A stretch of 64,000 bases of DNA from Gemmatimonadota bacterium (GTDB lineage Bacteria > Gemmatimonadota > Gemmatimonadetes > Gemmatimonadales > GWC2-71-9). The stretch is from positions 16,972 through 80,971 of the forward strand of contig JANLPG010000030.1 in the NCBI GenBank assembly GCA_031367105.1. Direction: 5' to 3'. Positions 9,416-18,800 of the stretch are shown here, in pieces (position 1 is the stretch's first letter; every line of letters begins with the position of its first letter). The position numbers and the translations under genes are program-made. Below the pieces are notes generated by a model. That model did no database searches and was not told the origin of the DNA. It was given only the letters and a program-made list of their open reading frames with translations.

Positions 9416-11269
9416 ATGATGCAAGCCTTCCGTAACGCCGCGAAGCCGGTGGTCTACCTGATCACGATCACGTTCCTCGCCTGGCTCATCGTGGACCTGA
9501 GCGGGATCACCGGTAACGGTGGCCTCCTGACCAAGACCAATGTGGGCTCCATCAACGGCAACACCGTCGATGCCCGGATCTATCAGCAAGCCGTCCAGCA
9601 GGCGATTACGCAGCGCCAGCAACAGTCGGGCAAGTCCCTCGGCCTCGAGGAGACCGAGCAGGTCCGCAATGAGGTGTGGGACCAGTTCGTTCAGAACGCG
9701 GTCATCACGGACCAGATCGCGAAGCACAATCTCTCGGTCAACACCGACGAGATCGCCGATGCCATCCGCAACGTGCCGCCGCAAGAGGTACGTGCCCTGC
9801 CTGACTTCCAGACCGCCGGCAAGTTCGACCTCGGCAAGTATCAGCGCTGGCTGGCATCGCCGGTCGGGCAGCAGGCGGTGCCGGTGCTCGAGGCACGCTA
9901 TCGCGACGAGATTCTCCAGTCCAAGCTGCTCCGAAACGTGACAGCGGACATCTTCCTCTCCGACGCGGCGTTGTGGGAACGCTACAAGGACCAGCACGAG
10001 CAGGTGAGGATCTCGCTGACTGCGATCATTGCCCGGAACGCGGTGCCAGACAGCGCCGTCACGGTGACGTCCGCCGAGGTCGAGACCTACTTCACTGCCC
10101 ACAAGGACGAGTTCAAGCGCCCTCGTACGGCGTACCTCTCGTTCGTGTCCGTACCGCGGCGGATTGATGCCAGCGACTCTGCCGCGGCGCTCGCCCGCGC
10201 AAAGGCGCTGCGCGCCGAAATCGTCGGCGGCGCCCCATTCGCGGAGGTGGCGAAGCGGGAATCGTCCGACACCGGGAGCGCGCGCAACGGGGGGGATTTG
10301 GGCGAATTCGGCAGGGGGGCGATGGTGGCCGCGTTCGACCAGGCCGCCTTCTCGCTTCCGCTCAATACCCTCTCCGAGCCGGTGCTTACCGATTTCGGCT
10401 ATCACCTCATTGAGGTGACCAAGCGGACGACCGACAAGGTGACCGCACGGCACGTCCTGATTCCGGTCGAACTGGCTGGGGCGCACCGCGACCTGGTCGA
10501 CCGGCAGGCCGACTCGCTTGAACGGCTGGCCGCCGAGCACCTCGATCCGGCAGCCCTCGACACCGCCGCCCGGTCGTTGAAGCTCCCGATCGGCCAGACC
10601 GGCCCGGTTCAGGAAGGCACCCGCGTCCTGCTGGGCACCTATGTCATCCCGGACGCCGGGACGTGGGCCTTCCAGGCCAAGGTGGGAGAGACTTCGCCCG
10701 TGATCGATGGTGACGCCGCGTTCTACGTCTTCCGGGTCGATTCCGTGGAAGCAGCCGGGACGCCGCCGCTCGCGAATGTGACACGGGCTGTCATCAGCGT
10801 CGTCGCCGATAAGAAGAAGGAAGCCAAGGCGAAGCAGATTGGCGAGGAACTCATCCGCCGACTCACCACGGGCCTGCTGTTGCCCGCCGTATCGAAGGCC
10901 CTTGGCCTGCCCAACCGGGAATTCCCGCTCTTCTCCCGCGTGAATCCTCCGCTGACAGTGCCCACGGTGATTGGAGCCGCGTTCGGTCTGGCGAAGGGCA
11001 AGCCGAGTCCAGTCATCGAAACCGCCGACGGCCTGTATGTGATCGAAGTACTCGAGCGGGTTCCGGCCGACTCGGCCGCATTCACGCGCGACAAGGACCA
11101 GATCCGTGCCGATATGATCCGTGCGGCCAAGCAGGAGCGGGTGCGGCAGTACCTCGCCGCGCTGCGTGCCGACGCAAAGATCAAGGACGAGCGCGCGGGG
11201 CTGCAGCGGACCAACGCACAGGCCGAAGCCAATGCCGCCGCTCAGGCCGCGACGACCAAAAAACGCTAG
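9416..11269 (+). CDS. PpiD/SurA-like periplasmic chaperone with parvulin (rotamase) domain
   Basis: MMQAFRN + N-terminal TM anchor, SurA_N-like region, FAEVAKRESSD.GSARNGGDLG.F..G.MV..FD.AAF...GYHLI parvulin motif; ORF-track extension from 8537 is spurious. Confidence 0.9.
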   Translation: MMQAFRNAAKPVVYLITITFLAWLIVDLSGITGNGGLLTKTNVGSINGNTVDARIYQQAVQQAITQRQQQSGKSLGLEETEQVRNEVWDQFVQNAVITDQIAKHNLSVNTDEIADAIRNVPPQEVRALPDFQTAGKFDLGKYQRWLASPVGQQAVPVLEARYRDEILQSKLLRNVTADIFLSDAALWERYKDQHEQVRISLTAIIARNAVPDSAVTVTSAEVETYFTAHKDEFKRPRTAYLSFVSVPRRIDASDSAAALARAKALRAEIVGGAPFAEVAKRESSDTGSARNGGDLGEFGRGAMVAAFDQAAFSLPLNTLSEPVLTDFGYHLIEVTKRTTDKVTARHVLIPVELAGAHRDLVDRQADSLERLAAEHLDPAALDTAARSLKLPIGQTGPVQEGTRVLLGTYVIPDAGTWAFQAKVGETSPVIDGDAAFYVFRVDSVEAAGTPPLANVTRAVISVVADKKKEAKAKQIGEELIRRLTTGLLLPAVSKALGLPNREFPLFSRVNPPLTVPTVIGAAFGLAKGKPSPVIETADGLYVIEVLERVPADSAAFTRDKDQIRADMIRAAKQERVRQYLAALRADAKIKDERAGLQRTNAQAEANAAAQAATTKKR

Positions 11270-11298
11270 TCGCCTCGCCTGTCACGAGCGCACGCACG

Positions 11299-11328
11299 AC
11301 GGGCGCCCGAGTTCACTCGGGCGCCCGT
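11299..11328. terminator. Inverted repeat between convergent ppiD-like and tatA genes (probable bidirectional terminator)
   Basis: ACGGGCGCCCGAGT-tc-ACTCGGGCGCCCGT, perfect 14-bp inverted repeat. Confidence 0.7.
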
Positions 11329-11356
11329 TGGCTTTCTGGCAGGTGGCGTGATGCCG

Positions 11357-11617
11357 TTACTGAGACAGCCGCTTCGGTTCGCCGCCGGTCGGCGCGCCCG
11401 TGGACGACTCCGGTCGTTCACCGTCGATCATCCGCGGTGGGTTTCGCTCGCTGTCCGGAGGGTTGAGCATGGCGTCCTGGGTATCGGTCAACGACCGCTT
11501 GAACTCGCGGATCCCCTTGCCCATCGACGAGCCGATCTCGGGCAGGCGCTTTGCTCCAAAGACGAGCAAGGCGACCACCAGCAGGATCATGATTTCGCTG
11601 AAGCCGAGATTTGGCAT
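11357..11617 (-). CDS. tatA: Twin-arginine translocase TatA/E subunit
   Basis: GFSEIMILLVVALLVFGAKRLPEIGSSMGKGIREFK. Confidence 0.96.
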   Translation of the reverse strand: MPNLGFSEIMILLVVALLVFGAKRLPEIGSSMGKGIREFKRSLTDTQDAMLNPPDSERNPPRMIDGERPESSTGAPTGGEPKRLSQ

Positions 11618-11630
11618 GGTTGACTCCGGT

Positions 11631-11903
11631 TCAGAAGAGCGAGCGCGCAGCGTAATACGCCACCGCGACGCCGAGCAGGCTCAAGAGGGTGACGTGCATC
11701 CCCATCGGCCCAAGCGTAAAGGATACCACGAGGAGATTGACGGACACAGGGCCGAAGGTCGGGGTCACCGCAAAGGTGAAGAACGACCGCGCGGCGCTTT
11801 CCGGCAGGAATCGTTCCAGCAGGGCTGCCAGAAAGCCCCCGAGGATGAACCCGACGACCAGCACGCCGAGGTAGAAGCCAGGACGCTTCGGTGATGCTGC
11901 CAT
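11631..11903 (-). CDS. Small membrane protein (DUF4321-like)
   Basis: 90 aa, two hydrophobic segments, GPVSVNL.VVSFTLGP..HVTLLSLLG pattern; coupled to ispB. Confidence 0.6.
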   Translation of the reverse strand: MAASPKRPGFYLGVLVVGFILGGFLAALLERFLPESAARSFFTFAVTPTFGPVSVNLLVVSFTLGPMGMHVTLLSLLGVAVAYYAARSLF

Positions 11904-12895
11904 CAGCTCCTCCGCTCCAGTACGAAGCCCAGCGCCGAGCGCAGGGTATCCCGCGCTGGGGAATCGGGCAGTAGCGCCAGATCGTCTTCCGCCTGCGACA
12001 TCAGCAGCTGGGCGCGTTCCCTGGCATAATCGAGCCCGCCGTGGGCGGTGACGGCGGCCACCACCGCGCCGATTGCCTCCGGTTCGGGATCCGGCGACCG
12101 CATCAACGACTCCAGCGCCGAGCGTTCACCCCGCGACAGGTGGGGCAGCGCGTAGATCAGCGGGAGCGTCACCTTGTGCTCGTGCAGGTCGAGTCCCGAG
12201 GGCTTCCCTGTCATTGCCTGGTCGGCGGTGTAGTCGAGCAGGTCATCGGTAATCTGGAATGCCATGCCGAGTTTCTCCCCGAAGCGGGCGAGGGCTTGGC
12301 GTTGCGCCTCGGGTGCGCCAAGGGCCCCGACCTCGCAGGCGCCGGACATCAGGGAGGCGGTCTTGGCCCGGATCAGCAGATCGTACTGCGCTTCGGTGAA
12401 ATCGAGCGGGTCGTGCGCCAGCAATTGGCGCATCTCCCCGACGGTCATCTCGGTGGTGACGCGTGAGAGGATCCGCAGCGCTTCGAGATCTCCCAGACGG
12501 ACCAGTTCCACCACCGCGCGCGAATAGAGGAAGTCACCCATGATCACCGACACCTGATGCGAGAACAGGGCGTTGATCGTTGGCATCCCGCGGCGCAACG
12601 TCGAATGATCGACAGCATCGTCGTGGACGAGGGTCGCGAGGTGGATCAATTCGATGACGGCCGCGAACGTGGCGGCGCGGGGCGTCGGTCCCCCCGTCGC
12701 CTGATCGGCCAACAGCACCAGCGTGGGCCGCAGCATCTTGCCACGCATCCGGAGCAGGTGGGTGTTGACTTCGCCGATGAGCGGGAAGTCGTCTTCGATC
12801 ATCCGGCGCATCTCGCCCTCGACCTGGTCGAGCCGGATTCCGACCGGCGCCTGCAGATCCGCGAGCGTGACTGCACCGACCTGAGGCAATGTCAC
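11903..12895 (-). CDS. ispB: Polyprenyl diphosphate synthase (IspB/HepT type)
   Basis: GKMLRP, LIHLATLVHDDAVD...RRG, GDFL, KTASL, AFQITDDLLD, GKP.GLDL. Confidence 0.92.
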   Translation of the reverse strand: MTLPQVGAVTLADLQAPVGIRLDQVEGEMRRMIEDDFPLIGEVNTHLLRMRGKMLRPTLVLLADQATGGPTPRAATFAAVIELIHLATLVHDDAVDHSTLRRGMPTINALFSHQVSVIMGDFLYSRAVVELVRLGDLEALRILSRVTTEMTVGEMRQLLAHDPLDFTEAQYDLLIRAKTASLMSGACEVGALGAPEAQRQALARFGEKLGMAFQITDDLLDYTADQAMTGKPSGLDLHEHKVTLPLIYALPHLSRGERSALESLMRSPDPEPEAIGAVVAAVTAHGGLDYARERAQLLMSQAEDDLALLPDSPARDTLRSALGFVLERRS

Positions 12896-14766
12896 GGGAG
12901 CCGGCTCGCAATGTGGGTGAGCCGATCGGCGACGTCCTGGAACGACACATCCACGGCGAGAACACGCTCATAGCAGGTGCGAGCGTCGCTCAATTTGCCC
13001 TGAGCTTCCTGCGCGCGCGCGAGCCAATAGAGCACGCCGATTTTCTCCGCGTCATCCTCCGGGCCCCGTTCCACCGCCCGCAACACCGCCTCGGCGACCG
13101 CAGGACGCCCCTGATCAAAGAAGGCCTCTCCCAGCGCCTCGGAAGTCCGCAGGCGCGCCTCCGGAGAACGCAGCGCCTTCTGGAATTCGCCGATCGCCTC
13201 CTCGAGCAACCCCATCCCCTTGAAGGCGATCCCCAGATCGTAGTGCGACTGATGATCTTCAATTGGCAAGTTCTGGTCGAGCGCTCGCTTGAACTCGGCG
13301 AGGGCCTCGCGAAAGGTCTCGTCCTCGTCGGGTGAGATCGCGGTCGTTTCGGTACGCATCCGGGTCGAGCGCGGTCCGGCATCGTCGTTCATCATCGCGG
13401 CGAAGTCGATAAACCCTTCCGGCGTCTGTTCCGCCGGCGCGTTCGGAACCATTGCGCGCAACGCTGCACGGGCTCGCTCGTTGTGTTCGTCCAGCTCGAG
13501 GATCCGGCGGTAGACCGCGACCGCTTTGTCGGCACTGCCTTCCCGCACGAAGGCGTCGCCAAGCTCGACGTACGACTCACAGAGGCGCGGCGCATCCTTC
13601 ATCTGGGAGGCCACTTCGACTCGCGCCTGGTAGCGTCCGATTGAGGCCGGCTCGGCCTGAACGAGTTCGCCAGCCACTTGCCAGGCGTGCAACAACTCGC
13701 CCTGCCCCTGATAACCGGCGAGGGCTTGCTCGAGCCGAGCGATGCCGCCGGCACGATCGCCGTGTTCAAGCAGCGCGTGGGCGGTGACCCGCTGGCCGAG
13801 TGGGTCGTCAAGCGTCACCCCTTCCGGCAGCTCCGGCATCGGCGGCGCAAACGCGGCACCGGTCTCGAGGAAAACCAGTGGTGCGCCGCCCTCGGTGCTC
13901 GCATCCCCAGCGGCCTCCAGTCGCTCGCCCGGGGAATCGTGCGAAGTGACTTCGAGACCATCGACCGTCGCCATCTCGCCGGCCTCGGCGGCCGTGCGCG
14001 AGACGTTTACGAGCCCGTCCAGCATCACACTTGGCGGGAGCGGTCCGTCGATCTCCGTATCGGGACTGTTCTGTTCCAGCCCTTCGATAGGAACCGATTC
14101 GCTGGGGCGCTCGAACTCAAGATCTTCGACAACCGTGCCTGCGAGGATCGAAGCGCCGGTGAGGTCCAGAGAAACCTCGGAGGCTCGCTCAAGTTGCAGA
14201 TCGGTGTCGATGAACACCAGCCCGCGACCACTCTCGCTCCCGATCGGCCCCGTCGGCGGTGGTGGCTCGGGAGCGTGATCACGGCCGAGCAACTCGTCGA
14301 TGAGCCCCTGGAGGTCACGCCAACCCGAGAACTCAGCCGCAAACGCATCAATTGCCGTTCGGGCTGCATCGCTCCGACCGACATCTCCCATCCGCTTGAG
14401 ATAGGTGCTCAGCTGCAGACGGACGTCATAGAGTACCCGCTTGCGCGCCTGATACCGGGCGAGTTCGAGGTGTGTGCGGATCCGTTCCGGATCCAGCCGG
14501 AGAATCTTGCCGCAGAGCGCGATGGCATTATTGAAAAAGCCCTGCTCCCCGTACCGGGTCGCCGCCTGATCCCAGGCGTCGCACGCCGCGTGGTCCTCGC
14601 CCGCCTTGTGCTCCAGGTCGCCAATGCGATTGTAGAGCGATGGGTCGGCCCCCTCGGTGCCGCCCTCGGCACCGCGGATCGCCTGGCGGTAGAGCTCGAT
14701 CGCTGCGCGCCATTCTTCCCGCTGTTCGTGCTGGCGCGCAGCGACTTTGAGCTTGTCAAGCGTCAT
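12892..14766 (-). CDS. Multi-block tetratricopeptide repeat protein with acidic linkers
   Basis: TPR blocks at N-terminus, middle and C-terminus (EDHQSHYDLGIAFKGMGLLEEAIGEFQKAL) separated by acidic low-complexity regions. Confidence 0.8.
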   Translation of the reverse strand: MTLDKLKVAARQHEQREEWRAAIELYRQAIRGAEGGTEGADPSLYNRIGDLEHKAGEDHAACDAWDQAATRYGEQGFFNNAIALCGKILRLDPERIRTHLELARYQARKRVLYDVRLQLSTYLKRMGDVGRSDAARTAIDAFAAEFSGWRDLQGLIDELLGRDHAPEPPPPTGPIGSESGRGLVFIDTDLQLERASEVSLDLTGASILAGTVVEDLEFERPSESVPIEGLEQNSPDTEIDGPLPPSVMLDGLVNVSRTAAEAGEMATVDGLEVTSHDSPGERLEAAGDASTEGGAPLVFLETGAAFAPPMPELPEGVTLDDPLGQRVTAHALLEHGDRAGGIARLEQALAGYQGQGELLHAWQVAGELVQAEPASIGRYQARVEVASQMKDAPRLCESYVELGDAFVREGSADKAVAVYRRILELDEHNERARAALRAMVPNAPAEQTPEGFIDFAAMMNDDAGPRSTRMRTETTAISPDEDETFREALAEFKRALDQNLPIEDHQSHYDLGIAFKGMGLLEEAIGEFQKALRSPEARLRTSEALGEAFFDQGRPAVAEAVLRAVERGPEDDAEKIGVLYWLARAQEAQGKLSDARTCYERVLAVDVSFQDVADRLTHIASRLP

Positions 14767-14818
14767 GGCCGACCGGGGGTTGGGTGTGGCTCAAGTATCG
14801 ATGGGGCTTGAGGTTCTA

Positions 14819-14860
14819 AGTGTAGGCCGGGCCCCGGTCAGGGGCAAGCTGACCGGGGCC
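14819..14860 (-). promoter_or_regulatory. Putative sigma70 promoter overlapping a 12-bp inverted repeat
   Basis: Minus strand TTGCCC(14842-14847)-N17-TACACT(14819-14824); arms GGCCCCGGTCAG / CTGACCGGGGCC at 14830-14841 and 14849-14860. Confidence 0.5.
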
Positions 14861-14902
14861 TGGGACAACAGAAAGGACGCTCTTCCCAGTATCGGAGGGA
14901 GC

Positions 14903-15748
14903 CTACCAGTTCACCCGGATCAGCTCAGGATTTCCCGGATCGCTTTGAAAGGCCCAGTCGAGCAGGAGGTAGCCGGAGCCTGCGAAAACGACCCGAAGTG
15001 CCCCATAGCGCTTGAAGCCGTCCGGCCCCGTCATCTGGACTACATAGCCCCAACCCGGAGTGGCCTCGAGCCCGCTCCGCCCGAAGCCGCTCAGCGGGGC
15101 GACATCGATCTCCTGAAGCGACCCCACTGGCGCCTGGCCGTAGCGGATGATTTCGGTTCCGCTGCGCTGCGGTACAAAAAAGAAGCGACCAGCAGCGTCA
15201 CGCTGGACCGTCAGATCGACATCGCCCGCTCCGCTCATCACCCAACCGAGTTCGGAACGAATCGCCCCACCGTTCCCGTCGAGATCGCGCCAGAAGCGAA
15301 AGCCGGCACGGGCATCGTCCGCCTGACGGGCGTAGACGGCGACGCTGGTCGCCTCGTAGCGGGGAGTGTCCTCGCGGATCGGCGATCGATCGGAGTCGAC
15401 CCCGTCAGTGCTCTCCGCAACGATGCTGAAGCAGCGGGGAACGCCGTTGGTGAGTGCCCCTGCCACGAAATCCGGGGCGACGGTCGTCCCCTCCATCACC
15501 CAGGGCGTGAGGCAGAGATCACGATCCAGATCATAGGGTGACGAATAGACGCGATAGCGGAGAAACCTCCCGGGCGCGGCACGATAGGGTTCGTCGGTCC
15601 AGTGCAGACCGATCGCTCCATCCAGCGATGCGCTGGTGAGCTGGCTCGGCCGTGGTAGTGGCCCACCGCCGGGAAGCGTCGGGGACGCCTGACAACCAAC
15701 GAGTATCGAGAGACCGAGGATGCCGAAGATCAACGACCGGAAAGCCAT
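14903..15748 (-). CDS. Hypothetical lipoprotein with FN3-like beta domain
   Basis: MAFRSLIFGILGLSILVGC lipobox after a GGAG RBS; P..LT....I.L.W...YRVY...L.NG...F.I.A FN3-like pattern. Confidence 0.6.
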   Translation of the reverse strand: MAFRSLIFGILGLSILVGCQASPTLPGGGPLPRPSQLTSASLDGAIGLHWTDEPYRAAPGRFLRYRVYSSPYDLDRDLCLTPWVMEGTTVAPDFVAGALTNGVPRCFSIVAESTDGVDSDRSPIREDTPRYEATSVAVYARQADDARAGFRFWRDLDGNGGAIRSELGWVMSGAGDVDLTVQRDAAGRFFFVPQRSGTEIIRYGQAPVGSLQEIDVAPLSGFGRSGLEATPGWGYVVQMTGPDGFKRYGALRVVFAGSGYLLLDWAFQSDPGNPELIRVNW

Positions 15749-15878
15749 ACGACGCTCCACGCGCGGGGATGCGTGCAGCAAAGGCAGGGCTCGTGCCGTT
15801 GGCATCGGCGCTGTTCGCGGGTGACCGCAGCCGCAGGCGCCTCGCTGGAGGGACGGCTGCGTCCCGCAAGGAGGACAG

Positions 15879-18800
15879 TCAGCGTGGTCGAAGCGTGGTC
15901 TGGTTGTAGTCGAACTTGACGTCGGGCAGTGGCTTCAGCGTCACTGTGAAGAAGAGGGCGAAGTTGCCGGTGGCGGTCTTGGCGAAGTCGAAGGAGGCCG
16001 TCCAGTCGTGCAGATCCCGCTGCAGGCGGATCTGTTGTGACTCGAACCGGGAGGCAGTGACGTTGTACTGGGTCTGCCAGGACACATTCCACGCCGGAGT
16101 GGGTGAGAAGGATGTGTTCAACCCGATATTGCTCTGGTTCCCTGTCACCAGATTCAGGGGCTGGAGGAAAATGCTGTTCGGATCGGTGTTGATCGAGCCG
16201 ACGGTATTTCCCGTCGGGCGCTTCCGCTGCAAGGAGTACGTCACCGAGGCCGTGAAGCCCCTGCCACTCAGTCCGGCCAGTGCGTCCGACGAGTTGAACG
16301 AGCCGGGTCGGAACCGCCGGGAGGTACTGCCGAAGTAACTCGCCGCCGGCGGAGGAGTAGTGTCGCGCTGTGCTCTCGGGTCAACTTTCCTGGCAAGGCC
16401 GAGCAGGACAGCGAGAGAGCGAAAGGTTCCGCCGCTCAGTGAGAAGTTCGCCTGCACGTTGGAGAGAAACGGCGAGAATTTCGCCGTGTCGGTGCCCACC
16501 TGCCCCTGCCAGAGGTCGTGCGTCAGCGAGAGCTGGAATCCCCGGATCAGATCGCTCTGCAACGAGTTGGTGATCGCCGGCGTAGTCCAGCCGGTTCGTC
16601 CCGGGAGCTTTGCCTGTTCGAAGTCGTAGGCCAGCTGGGATGTCGTCAACTGGAGCAGCGCGATTTTCCGCCAGTTCTTGTCGTCGGTGTTCGTGTCGCC
16701 GGCAACGGGTCGGAGCTTGCCGGAAAGCGATTGCGACAGCGACAGCGACGCCGTCAGATTCGCCGCGGTTTCGCGCGGGATGGCGCTGCCGGCAGATCCG
16801 GAGAGCGCCCGGGCGTACTCCTCGGAGAGCAGCGCTTTCGGCGAGTATTGCAGGTTGAAGAGCGGCTGGATATTGTGTCGGAACCGTACCACCGGGCCGA
16901 TCCCGCGATTGATGAAGCCGAAGAGCTGCGGTCCGATGGCGAGGCTCAACTGCAGCTTTTTCCCCTGTTGCACCCATTGGCCATTCGTCGCGGCGTTGCG
17001 CAGCAGGAACGGATTGCCGCTGCTGATGTTGGTGATACCCAGCGTTGGCGTAATCTTGAACGTCTGCTGGAACAGGATGGGAAGGTTGATCCCGGTATCC
17101 CAATTCAGGCCGCTCTGGAAGTCCCCTTGCCGGACCGTCGTCACCGTGACGGAGTCGTTCGGGTCCGGCGTGCTCAGATCGGGAATACGCTGGGTCAGGG
17201 TCCGCCGGCCGACGTCCATCCGGTCCTGGTAGGCGACCGTGTTGGCCCAATTGAACCCGCCGATCCGCAGCGGGGTCGTGAGATTCATCGTGGTATTGCG
17301 ACTGCGGGAAGTCGCCACCAGACTGTCGACCCGGCCAGGAAAGACCGCAAACTGTGCCGCGCTGGGCTGGTTGGTTGCCACATCGTTCGTCAAGGTGAAC
17401 GAGGGGGACCAGGTGATGTGCTGCCCGATCCCGAACGGATTCGGTGTCAGGGTCAGTGTCGGCAGCGACATCCGCACGCTGCCATCACTCAACGTCTGAT
17501 TCCGCGTGCCGCCAAGGGTTGTCGATCCCCAGCGGAAGCGCTTGGTGAGGTTGAGCGAGCTGGTGATCTGCTGGACCGAGCGCAGGGGATCGACCGTGTT
17601 GCCTTGCAGCACGCTGGTGTTGCCGCTGTAGTTGAAGTTCAGCCGCAGCGAAGTGGCATTGTCAAACTGCTGGTTGTGGCCCCACCGGATATTCGTGGAG
17701 CGGCCACCCCCGTTCTGGCGCTCCTGATCGATGGCGAAATCGCCATCAACGAATCGGTCGCGCCAGCGATAGCGGAACTGCCCGCCGTAGCGCATATACC
17801 GATTGGCGTACCAGTCGAGCCGCACCGTCGCATCGAGGTAGTCGTTCGGTGCCCAGTAATAGCCGATGTTGGTGACCTGGCGGTTGTAACTTCGCGTCGG
17901 GCGGACGATGTCGTTGAAACCGAAGTTGGGGATCAGGATCCCCGACCGCCTGCCGAGCTTGGTGTCCTGAAAGAGGAAGGGCAGCCAGACAATCGGCACA
18001 TCGCGGACGTAAAGCACGGCGGGTCGCGCGACCAGTACCGACTGTGACACCCACTTCACCTGCCCCGACTGAAAGTGGTAGTGCGGCTCGGGAAGGTCGC
18101 ACGATGTGAATTCGCTGTGCGCGGCATACAGGCGTTTGCCGGTGGAGTCCACTGCGAGGTTGCCGCGCAGGAACCAGTTGGCACCACCATCGTCGAAGGT
18201 GGTGAGGGCCTCGCCGATGACCCCTCGCTCCTGACAGGTGTCGAACTTCATCTCCCGGCCGACCAGAATCTTCCCGCCCCTTCCCCCCTCGAACATCCGC
18301 GGCTCCCCTTTGGCGGCAAGCAGGCAGCGCGCATCGTTGTAACGGATCTCCTCCGCCTCGAGGATGCTGGTGTCGCGGGAGGTGGCAGCCCGTCCCCCGA
18401 GAAACAGCCCCTCGCCATCCGGGAGCAGGATCGCCGAGTCGCCGAGGAAACGGGTCACCGCGAAGCCCTCTCGTTTGAGGAGCAGTTGCATCACGGAGTC
18501 TGGTTCGCTGAATTTGCGTCGGGGAGCGGTGGGAATGCCGAGGCGCTTGGCAGTGGAGGAGTCAATCGCCCGCGTCCCCTGACCGGGGAGCGATCGGGCG
18601 CGGCCAGAATCGGCCGCCGGCGGACGTAGCGGCGGGTTCTGGGCGTGCAGGTCCCGCGGCCCCCCTGCCAGCAGCAGGAAGAGGAGGATGGCCCCCGCCA
18701 CCTCTGCCGCTTTCCGGCGTCGCCTCTGCACCAGGAACGCCCCGATCACCCCCAGCTCATACAGCGCGATCAGCAGCAGCGAGCAGACGATCATCGACAG

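Noticed and set aside
18711-18731. RRRRK in the TatC-LptD linker read as a Tat signal
   Set aside because: Lacks the S/T-R-R-x-F-L-K consensus and OM barrels normally use Sec; better read as a positive-inside n-region, though not excluded
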